Of a stretch of 64,000 bases of DNA, positions 40,427 through 52,300 are shown in pieces. The stretch lies in NCBI GenBank assembly GCA_965285935.1, contig OZ260663.1, positions 102,982,001 to 103,046,000 of the forward strand, in the 5' to 3' direction. Position 1 is the first letter of the stretch. Each line of letters starts with the position of its first letter. The notes below the pieces were generated by a model. The model did no database searches. It saw only the letters and a list, made by a program, of their open reading frames with translations, and was not told the DNA's origin. Made by a program: the position numbers and the translations under genes. The stretch comes from Ophelia neglecta (Eukaryota).

Positions 40427-42738
40427 ACTGAAAAGCTATATGTGTGTAAAAGATTCCTGGATAACTCCGGAATTAATTCTGAGTAACATTTTATTCGCCT
40501 GATCTCGTGTAATAAAAATGAATTATACAACTTATACAGAGTGCCTTGTTCAGCTGGGGATTCGGGAAATTGTTGGCCAGTCGACATTTTTTGGCCATTG
40601 GGTGTCTCCTTACATGCATTATGCGTACTCTGTTATAATATTGGAAGTGATGAATAACTGTTATGGCCCTCGTTATATATATAATACTGGTTTTAGGGCA
40701 GCTAGACCTTACAATGACAAAAGAGTTCGAAATCGTGAGGTCATTAAAAACAACTTTTAAGAACAGCATATAACCGAGTTCAAATGAAAGCGGCTCACCG
40801 TATATACAAATAGAAAATGGTAAAGATCTTTTGCACAATCCTCCAGACATAAACCTAAATATTCTAATTAGGATAATGATTACCACATGCCGGGAACAAC
40901 TCTCATAGGCTTTATATGGGTTTGTGGCATTTATGAAGAAGAAACTTTATTACAGAGAGAACACGTTTCAACTCTTATTTTTAAATATGGCGGATGAATG
41001 CACAGGTATATATCTGCTGTTGAAAAGCTCCCTGTGTGTAAAAGATTCCTGGATAACTCTTGAATTAATTCCGAGTAACATTTTATTCGCTTGATGAAGC
41101 TGGAGTTATGTCCTGCACATAACAAGCTATACTATGGGGACACCTTTGAACGACTTATGCCAAGTTTTATGGAGGAGAAACAAGTAAGACTAGGTAACGA
41201 CAGGTTAATTTCACAAGGATATGATGGAGCAAAATACAATTGTGGTAAGTACAATGGTGTGCAGGTAATCATTCAGCCAATCTCTTCTCACTCCAAATTC
41301 ACTTGGTGTCACAATTTGGCAAATGTTCAAGCTACTTTACACACTACGAAAGATGTTCCAGTTATCTATCGACTAGTTGATACTCTGCTGACTCTATGGA
41401 ATTTCTTTTATTTAACATTAAAGGCAGGCAAAGCAAGTGCAGTACATAACTTGCTCAACACTCCACAATTGAAAATGGGTAAATCAAGCGACACCTAGAT
41501 GGTTAGCCATAGGTCGACAAACAGAAGTTGTAGCATCAGAGTATCCGGCCATGATCACAACACTGGACCAAATAATTATACGAGGAAGATGGTGATGGAT
41601 GTGCAAGGCTCTTAGGTCAGATTGACATCCTTGCCGGCATTTATCTCTTAAACAAAGCACTAAAGACACTGCACATTCTGAGTGAATTGCTCCGAGGCAC
41701 ATCACAGAATATTTGTAGGATTGGTAACATAGCAGAAATCAATAATACTCAAGTGGCTGACTGATGCTGTGAGTAGTATGCGGACGGGTGACCTTAGCCA
41801 GGAACGTTTGGCTGTTAACGACAACGGGAAAGAAACGTTTCCAGTGGAAAAGCAATTCCATATATTAAGGGGCCGACCATTTGATAATGTAGGGGGGGGG
41901 GGGAGAGAGAATTTCTTTTTTCAAAACATTATTTTTGCCTCCTCCAAAACAATCTTTTTTTTCCTCATAATTCCCCGGCAAACATTTTTTCATCTCTAAG
42001 GTCATATCTCAAGTAGTGTGATTCTTTTTTCTAAATTTGAAAAAATCTGAAGCTAGATATTTTGCAAGGTCATTATATAACTGAAGCAGTTTTTAAGAGG
42101 ATTGGCAGTATGAGAAGAATTCCAGCAATGGTCGACAGAAGTGGTCAAGTTTTTTCTTCAAGGATACCATCGATGCCAACAACAAAAAACAGGTAAACTA
42201 AATACACCTGCCACTGATGACTTGCAGCATGTTTTCAGAAATGTTGGACATCGTGGCTCTTTTCAAAATTTGTTTAAACTGGTGCAGATAATGCAGCTTA
42301 TTCCTGTCTCGAATTGTTTAGATTAACGATATTTCTCTGTAGTGAAACAAATTAAAAGGAGACTCCGAAACAAACCAGGGCGAGAAATGCTCCAGTGGTG
42401 TATGCTTATAGCAATGGAAAACCCGGAGCTTAGCCTAAGTTTAGCGCTTTTCGATATGTCGAGAGACACATTTGGTGTAAACCATATTCTATTGGTTTGA
42501 ACAATCTTTTTTTTCTTATCACCTTGGCTATCTTCACATAAATGAAATCGCATGCTTTAAGGACACTGGAAATTGTTTATGTCCTTAAATTGGCAAATTA
42601 TCTGATAGAAATATGGGCCTGAGTGGCTCATTAGGATATGAAAATGTGTTTAGGGGGAACGAGGGGGAGGGGGGGGGGGAAGGCCACTTCTGGGGAGAAG
42701 ACATGTTTATGGCGGAGAAGAAACTGGCATTCCCTGGA
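40427..42738 (+). mobile_element. Decayed hAT-superfamily transposon (ZMYM1-like transposase pseudogene)
   Basis: MADECT (first catalytic D, about 40990), SQGYDGA..GKYNGVQ (about 41210), KSSDTRWL (about 41480-41505), and a C-terminal dimerisation domain LIPVSNC..RYFS..KQIKRRLRN..MLIAME (about 42295-42420). Many stops and frameshifts. Possible right end ...GGCATTCCCTG at 42738. Confidence 0.8.
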
Positions 42739-43803
42739 AAATTTTTAAGGTCCAATGATTCATTGTAACATATTGTGATATAATAATACTGACTACTCGC
42801 ATTACCGGAGTTGAGTGGGAAGTTAAGTTGTTGACATCATCGGCTGCCCGACAAAGCTTTTCGGTAAATATACTTTAACCTCGGGGTTCCGAATATAAGA
42901 GTATTTATATATTTTTTGGTTTTATGAATACATGATGTTACCGTTAGAAATTAGGACTTCAAATATGGTCATTTCCCATTTAAAAAAAAGCACAACCTAA
43001 CAACTGTGGACGCCGCACATATGAGGTGACATTTGAGGACATATATATACCGGTTAAAAGAGGGCACCCACACGGGCTGTCGATAAAACCCAAGGGAGGA
43101 TATAAACAAGGCACACTCCTGAGATTGGGCTTTGCGAGTGAGGTAACAGTTAACAACAGAGGCAAGGCTATTTCGGCAAGCGTTTAGGGAAACGCGGAGC
43201 ACATTTGAACACAAAAACAAATAAGAACATCCTAACAGTCCTCTGTTTGGTTGTCAAGTTTACAATTGATTGGTGTGCTTTTCTGTGTATGTCCTCACTT
43301 GTTTGCCTGTTCATATGCACACATATTTCGCAACACTATCACACCCCTACACCCCCCCAATTTCCCAACCACGCACACACACACCAGACATTTATGTGTA
43401 CAATTCATAGCGAACATACACCCAGGAATACCCCCCCCCCTCTGCCTTTAGGTAAATCAAGTCCATGACTATATAACCCTTGCGGCAGCTCGCTGACATT
43501 AGAATGGATAGGGCGATAATTTATCAGCTACATGGTTAAACCAGTAGTGTTATGACATCAGGATGTACTTCAATAGCTATAAACCAGTATGCGGTTCAAC
43601 CACTAGCTATGGTTAAACCATTAGTAACTACGTGGTTTCTCCATAGCGGCGGGAGGGGGACGTCTGTTATCTGTTCTATGGTTCAACTAATAGCTGATAT
43701 CATTTATTTTTTGTGAAATGATTTCCCTAATGGGTCTATTACTTTGGCTGCCATGCACAAACTGTGGACGAATTAGGCAAGCCTAATAACACAAAGACAA
43801 ATA

Positions 43804-43970
43804 CAGTGAAACCTGCGAATTGAGACCAGTCAAGGCACTGGAACAAACTGGTCTGAATATCGAGGTGGTCTGTTTAGACAGGTTATTTTACATGCACATT
43901 GTACATTATTGTCTTCAGATTAGTGATCTGAATTGCCAGGTAGTCTGAATATAGAGGTGGTCTTTAAGGC
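43804..43970. mobile_element. Partial Tc1/mariner-type MITE, same family
   Basis: TA-CAGTGAAACCTG left end with internal GAGGTGGTCT repeats; the right end is truncated. Confidence 0.55.
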
Positions 43971-44335
43971 CATTATATGCATTATAATATGATAGGTTCA
44001 ATTTAAATTATCACACATGGTAATTGTTTTTAAAATTGATTTCTTCGTAGTATTTGACCCAACAAACCTGGGAAATATCTGCATCCGAAATAGCGGATTG
44101 TCCACCTTTAACCACTGAAAGGTTAGAATTGTGCAAAATCAAAGTATTTGGTATAATCCGTAATTGTTTCAAACTAATTCAGTATTAGAAAGCCGCCGGT
44201 AGGTAGTGAATTGTCAATCGAGTTGCTCCATACTAATAACATTATTACTAACGGCACAGTGCCCATGTGAAATGCAAGGCATTTTGCCAAAATGAAGTGC
44301 AATGAAGTAGTACTGAAATGTGTCTGATATGTAAG

Positions 44336-44645
44336 ATTGGTTGGTTGGTTGTTTGGGAGGGTTACGTGGCTTTCAACACTTATCTGTCCATATCGCTAAA
44401 GTGCCTATTGTGTCAGTGGGTTCAATGTCCCCTTTATGGCGCTGCTATCACCGTAGTACCTGCCAGACACCAGACAGAGAACCTTACCCAGTCATATTAT
44501 ATTGACACCGGGTTGATCAATTATGATACTACTCCTGGTGCCTGGTAGGTATGCTATGAGTGCCTATTCTTACATCCTGTGTTTAACGCGATTGAGATTT
44601 GATCCCCGATCTACCCAATTGCAAAAAGAACCCCCTGACCGCTTT
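44336..44645 (-). mobile_element. Older, diverged copy of the same SINE
   Basis: Shares TACGTGGCTTTCAACACTTAT, ACCCAGTCA.ATTATA.TGACACCGGG and the tRNA-head region with 9321-9622. Confidence 0.75.
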
Positions 44646-46372
44646 GGAGACCGTATAGGGCAAGCTCATTCAATACCTATACTTCTGCTTTTAGAATAAT
44701 AATTCCAGCTAGTGTACAACGATTATCTTTGTTATGTACATTGTTTGTACTTAAATACTGTATAGAAAAATCGTGCGAATACTACTTAATTTAGATTCGT
44801 ATACTCAAACATTAGACATGAATCAGGACCATTTTTGTCCGTTTATTATATATGATACATTTGTGTAGGTTGGATACTTTCTTTACAGAAAGGTGCACGA
44901 GACACTCCTCTGAATTGTCTCCTTATTTCAGCCCCAACTAATAGCCCTTATTTCTACCGAAACCAATGTTTCACTATTTTGCCCTTGCCTTAAGTTATAT
45001 GTGTTGGAACAAATTTAACCCCCCCCCCCCCCCCCGTCCAGATGCACATCAGTCCAGAACACTCGTGAATCGGTCATATATCGAGTGTGATGGCTCCTTA
45101 CATCAAAAACGTAACTTTTAGTTGGGTCTTTCCAGGTTAAAATGCTACTGATGAAATAAGTAAAGAATATTTTTGTTTGATTTAATTGTTTTTTTTTAGG
45201 TATTGACCATAACAAATCAGGCAACATATATCAACATCAAATCTCTAAGATATGTTTACCTAGCTGAAGAATTCTTTTTTTAAGTGGATGCAAGCTGCTT
45301 GGTCACTATTGCCATTCAAACCTTAGCTATTCACGATAGAAACGGTACTGTCTGGCTGGGATAACTTCCCATAACAACAAAGGTTGCCTGGCACTCGCTT
45401 GTGTCATTTCCGGTGTAGTTTGCACATGTCATTGCTTTGTGATTCGAGAGAGTTAATTGAGAGAGACTTTTAACATGAAAAGGCCCGATTGAAAAATGTG
45501 TTCGGGTGACATGTAGGAGTTATACGAAATTTATAGTCTTTTTTCCAAGAGTCGGCAAGGCCTAGAGAATGTCCGTTCTCAAGGTGTAACATAGCACTGA
45601 CGGTATGAAGTTCCTATGAGACCTAGCTCTTTCTGTAGTCCTTCTTTCCCTTTAACCAGCATTTTCTAATTCCACTCTAAGAATTTAACATGGTCCGCAG
45701 CTTGGATGATACCTCATTAAGCAGACCAAGGCTCCTACAAACTGAAACTGTCCGTCTGACAAAGATCTATGGCACAAACTTTACAAATATAATGTGTTGC
45801 CAGTTTTGACGTGCATTCATTTGGGATATACCACACATTCCCTTTCATTAAAATGAATAATAATAATAATATAAATATTAATATATTATATGTGCCTATT
45901 AACGTCCTGTCCCACAAATATCTATTCATAAGCAATATAAGATTTATTTTCACTCATATGACCGAATAGTTGCTATATATTTTCATATTTGTGACAGTAA
46001 ACATCTTTAAATCAAGTCTACCCGGATATCCACTTGCGCGTGTATGAACAAAGTAGACAGAGAGCCTAATACTTGTAAATGTGAGAAAGAGTGAAAATGC
46101 CGATGAGGTTTCCTCTGGCACCCTACACAATAAAAAGCGACAGTGTGAGCAATTAGCAGTCATTGTACTTGTCTATTACCCACGGAGTTTCCACCATATC
46201 CACTCCCCCGGGGGGGGGGGGGGGGGGTTGTAGTTAAATCCTGGATCTACCACTGTTATGTATACGATTACATGTATATCCTACACACAATAGTGATGTG
46301 TGGTTGGTTCCAAGTAGCTAGTGATGTCTTGCTCATATCAGGAGAAGTGTCAAATTCACATCAGCTACGACG

Positions 46373-49300
46373 TCACGTCCTTCCAGAACGGTACAATATT
46401 GGAGTAGACTCATTAAGCATGTCATCTGACCCATATATGTTCCCGTCACGTGGTCGACCGTAACGAAACAACACATGACGACCGAACATAAAACAGTTGA
46501 GCAGTCCCTGTAAGGGATTTAGCACGGCCTGTATTTAAGACAAAGAAGAGGCAATTTGAAATGAACATAAACTAAATCCAGCAAAATTAAAATGTTTTAA
46601 TTACTTAAAAGACCATGGATCCTGTGATAGAGCAAATTAGGGGCACTCTTAAGGGCAGCCTTTATACTCCAAAGCAATTACCCCGAACAAGTATTTATTT
46701 ATTCTCATCTTGTAAGGTAATGATTGCATACAATTTAGCGCAGCAACCCTTTGACTTAATCCCTATTATAATGGATGCTCAATATATTTCCAGATGGGTG
46801 TTTCTTGTAGATACGAAGAAAGTTCGCATGGGCCAAATAAACTTATATCCCACTCCACCCTATCTTTTGTTTCCAAATTGAATAATGTTTCCGAATTTTA
46901 AGGCAGACAATGTGTGAGAGAAACTTACCTCTAGTGCCCAGATTGGGAAAAACCTTGCGGCTCGGCTTGGAGCTGTGCTTCTGGTGACGAACATGATGTG
47001 CAGTATGCTGTCTATCACATTGGGAATCCAACTGGATAAAAGCAAGATAAGTGTTTACCGTGAACACATGTTTAATGCGTCAAAACACTTAATACATTTA
47101 TGATGCACCAAAAAAAAATACACAAACTAATGCAATAATAAAAAAACTCATTACATTACACATGCTCTGACCCAGTGAAGCAGTTCACTATTTTACGAGT
47201 ATACCTTACTGCATCAAATTCACGTAAAGTCGAGACAAATTCATGAAAAGTCCAACAATTTTATGAGAACTTAACCCACCAGAGTCTCCTGGGGAAGAAC
47301 TCATCTTTGTCCTCCCTTCAATGCTGACTTGTTTGTATGATGTTCTCGCATCATGGAAAACTGTTACTCCTTCTTGCAAAGTTTAGTTTTGTTGCTATTG
47401 ATTTCAATATGAGCTGATTTACAGTGAGTGTACTGGGTATTGGTATTGTGGGTCTGAAGCTGACGGTTCGGGGTGCATTCTGGTCGATTTGATGAACAAT
47501 TCTTAAATAATAACTTCGCACTGTCTGCCAGGTATCCCTTTTTTCTGTTTGTATGTGTGTAATGGTTTTGGCCTGGATGATATGTTAGCCCACAAATATA
47601 TGATATTTAAATTGTTTGCCTCTATTCGTGTGTATACAGAGTTCTTGTTTCACAACAAAATTTTAAATTATCAGCAAACAGACTGTAATCATTTATTCAT
47701 GATGACAGAGGCGAATATCATTAAACTTACATAAATCATACCAACAACTTAGGGGAAATCGATTAATCTGCAATCTTTACTAACTCAATGTCTCAACTAG
47801 TTTTTACGAAAGGAATAGATTCCCGTGATGGAAAACGAACGCGCTTTTTACTATGACATAATTACTTTGTCCCATCTTTAAATTAACAGACTTGGAATCT
47901 TTTTTTATATGCAAACAAAATCACTTTAAAATACATATTTGGGGCCTGTGGCGGGCAATAACTTTTAAGCTTTATATTGTCAAGGCAGGCCTCGCTTTAA
48001 GAACAACGCATAGATTAACTTTTTAAAAAAGGGGGAGTGGATACCCGAAGCCCAAACCCAAATCATTAAGTTAAGGATAGGGAATTTGTTGGCGTCCCCT
48101 TTTGACAAAAGACTGAGGATAATGGTCGATCGAGGCCGGTAGGCCGAGTGTCCTTTTTTCCTCAGTCTACTGTCAAAAGGGGAAGACAACGAATTCCTTA
48201 TCCAACTTAGCATCAGAGTTAGACATGGCTGACATTTGACATTGAAAATATTTCAAACGTTCAAAGTGTGTCGATTACCTGTCCATGGAACATGACTGAT
48301 ATTAGCATACATCTTGAACCTAGGCTTGTCATTGGCTCATAGTTAGCCCTAGTCATGTATTTGCATACTCAATTATCCAATAAGGAAGAAACTACAGTTT
48401 AAAGGAACAGTGGTCCCTGCGATGTAGGACCAGGAAAAGTGGCCCTACTTTGCAGGTGGCGCTTCATCGGAGGTACTTTAACATGGAAAAGATAGGACAT
48501 GGGAATTAAAAAATTGTCCTGCCATAGCAGGTGGCCCTTCAGCGGAGGGGCCCTACATTGCAGGGACCACTGTACTTTCAAATTCCTGTTCCTGGCCGCA
48601 TCATGCTTGAAATGTATTCAATATCAACACATGCTTCGTAGAAGCCATGCTGGTGGGCTGTGCCTGCACAGGGGTTTGTAACAGAGGGGGGAATAATCTA
48701 CAAACTCCTTGAGGAACATTACAGATACACCAATGGAATGAACTTTCGGTAAGTTTAGATCAAGTATAATGTTAAAATAAATGTAATGCAATCAAAGCGT
48801 TCATATGCCATTAATATTAAACATCTTCATTGTACGCAATGGGTACCTTGATGTGTTAACTGATGCGTATTTCGATCATTTCATAGGAGGTTAGGCTTCA
48901 TATTATTTGTACCAAATATAATAGATATATTGTTTAGCCAAATCTTCTGGTTTATTTTCCAGTTTCTCCCTCCCCCCTCCACCATTAATTACTATGTCAA
49001 GCCCCTACCCCCTAGATCTTATTACTCTCCCTAATTGCTTATTCTGTACACCTTCCGGTGATAATTAAACCCTTATTAGGAACTCCCGCCACACGCGAAA
49101 GCATGCCATCTACAATAGGGAATTGTATTGCGCCCTTTGGGCATAAATACAATGCTTGTGCCCTATAAGGGCTAATATTTGCGCAGTTTTATGACCAAGT
49201 TAGGATAAGTTTCCTCTATCAAGACCTCACAACCCAAATAATATATGAACCCCCCCCCCTAGTTTGGTCTAAGCCTTACTCCCCACCCACTCCTATTTCT

Positions 49301-52300
49301 ATTGCGCCCTCCCCCATGGCCTCTACGCACCCGCAAATCCAATAGCCCTCACTGGATATTATCATTGTACGTTTTCAGGTTTTCCTCTTAGGCTGGTGGC
49401 ATGGACTTATGCTAGTGGGAGGCAGCGGTGCCTAATTACGCCTCGTTGTTTTTATTTATTGACTCGCATGATTTGTGCTCCATCTAGTACACTGTGTTCA
49501 ATAAACCACCGTGAATAGGGCCCAGCACTATTTGAGAATATCCAGTGTAGGTCGGTATAAACGGACCCTATAATAAGGTGCCTACGATAACAAAATAACC
49601 GATACTAGTCCAGACTCATAGTCCAGTATTCATCCTTCCGAAACCGCCAGGAACCGTCCACATCCGTGCATCAGTAGCCAGCTCCAAAACAGTATTAAAA
49701 CTAGTAATGTAAATAATGTTAAATGTAAACAGGAAATTGATACTACTTGCAATTGGAAGTAGTAACCCGTTTTCCATGATGCGAGTCAGGGCACGTACCA
49801 AACGAGTCAGTGGTTAATGTAGGACAGTGATGAAATATGCCCTTGGAGAGCCACGATGATAAAAATGACGAACAAAGGGGTCGTACCATATGGTGAATAT
49901 GAAGACTACCGCCAGGAACTTTCTTTGTAATCCAAGCATGAGTGCCTGGTTGTGACTACTGACTATACCGGACTCCCTAATCCTTTGCCGAGCTGAAATT
50001 ATAATTGAAAATACATTGTTTATCATCAGAACAATGAGGGGAGAGGGAAAGAAAGGGGGGGGGGGGTTCATAATAATCATGTTTGCTAAGTATGTTTTGT
50101 ACACTAGAGGCCTCTTACTCTATTTTTTCTTGCAAAATTAAATAAATACATCATTTAATATAAACAATTCCTCACTTTTTTGTTAAATCTTAGCAGTACT
50201 ATCACCCACAGTGGGTTAGACTATCTTAGTCCAGTGCTGGACATTTTAGCAGTTGGGTACTGAGCATGTGTTAGAGTTTGACTAAACATTAAGTACCCTC
50301 ATGATTACCTAAACTCTGATCATTTTCTCGGATTACACGTAGAAAGTTTAGTCTCAAAACAATATTTTAAAATATTCTGCATTAAACTAGTCTAACTCCA
50401 CCAGCCTAAATGTATAATCCGCGAGCTACCTATCATTTAGTCTGATAACACTGCCTGCAGCCAAGTGCCCCACTGAAATGGTCGGGAGATGGCGCAGCAA
50501 AGCCTGGCGTTTACGGTTAAAGCGAGGCTGTGAACTCTGACCTGTTGTGACCTAGATCGAGCATTGCGTTCGGCAACCTTCGGGATTTCCCAGATCAGCT
50601 GTTCGATCCAACATGGCAGCTCACGTGTTCTCCGTGTTTATCGTGGTAGAATCAGGTGTTTCATTCGCTTGTTATGCCTAGTAAATTTCCTCTCACATTC
50701 AAATTGAAAATTCCGAAGATTGCCGAGCCCGATTCAAGTGCGAGCGTACCGACAGCAATGTTGCTTGACACAGATAGCGTGGCCGCGTGTCCAATCACAC
50801 CGCGCTGGGTGACCCGGTTTAGTGGACTGGCCGCTGATAGGCAGGACACGGATTCTGTGTCTGGATGGCACTTGGCCAGAGGCACTTTTACAATACCCTA
50901 CGGCGGTACATCAGTATCTAAAAATACCGCGCGGAGGGGATGTGTGGCACAAGACTAGCATTAAACGTTGATATAATAAACGCTTTGCGTAATCTATGAC
51001 GCTCATGCTAGGTTAAGGATTTTGTACATCTGCTTCATCATGATATAACATCAAATGTTGTTGATGCACGTGTTCTGTCACAATAAAAATGCGACTGGTT
51101 TACTAAACATAGTTAACATTATATTGCACTATCGAGTAGATTTGTATCCTTTTTCTTTAGTATACAGCGGCCTTTTCAACACCACTATAGTACACAGGGA
51201 TATTTTACACACATGTTAAGTATACAAGGACCTTTTACACCCCCTTTTTAGTATAAAGGGACCTTTAACACCCCTCTTTAATATACATAGACCCGTAACA
51301 CGCTTTGGACCGTACGCATGGACCTTACACAGCTCTTTCAAGAATTTTGCAAACATTTCCTACTTGAGAGTATCTAAAATCAACCTTTACATGCAAAAAA
51401 ATGATAATAGGAAGAAAAAAATTCATTCTTTTCTTGATATCATAACATTTCTTACTGAGTCTTGCCGTGATGGCACCTATGATAAGAAGATAGTTAAATA
51501 GGTAATGGAATATCAAATTCATTCCTCCCGCGCACCTGAAAAAAAAGACAAAAAGCTTTAAATTGAAATATGCCTATAACGGGACTTGTAATGCAGTTAA
51601 CTCTTTAAGTAACACACTCCAGGGTTCAATCGTAAATATCATTGGTCCAGATTCCATTTTAAATATTATGTCTGGATTTAGTCTTAAAGAACAAACTAGT
51701 ACTGTTTATAATTCAATCCACACTATTGCAATACATATTGCCTATATTTCTTATATTACTACAGATATTACCTATATTAGGATATTACCTATATGACCTA
51801 TATTAATGCCGATTTAACCTATATTATTACCGACATTACAATATTACCTATATTATTAGCGATATTGCCTTTATCACTACCGATACTACCTATATTAACT
51901 CGAGTTCTCTTTTTACCGGTATCGTAGTATATGGTGCGATATTACCTATATTATGATATTACCTATTTTACCGGTATCACAGTACATGTTGCGATATTAC
52001 CTATATTACGATATTACCGGTATTACAGTACATGTTGCCTATATTACCTATATAATTTCCGATATTACCTATATTACGATATCAACTATACAACATATAT
52101 TACTAATATTACTGACATGTTGCGATATTACCTCACACAAGTCAGAATTCAGTCTTAACTCTCACAGGTTACTATTCAAGAACAGCACAGTATCTGGAAT
52201 ATTGTGAGGTTTGACCAGCAACCAACTGAACAGTATCACAGGATTCAATCCCACTGAACACAGCTCAGAGTTTAACATTTACAATCATAGGAAAAGTTCC

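Noticed and set aside
50656-50958. GC-rich 100-aa ORF as a nested gene in a GPR143 intron
   Set aside because: It lies within an inverted-repeat-bounded element, has a non-ATG start and shows no recognisable domain.
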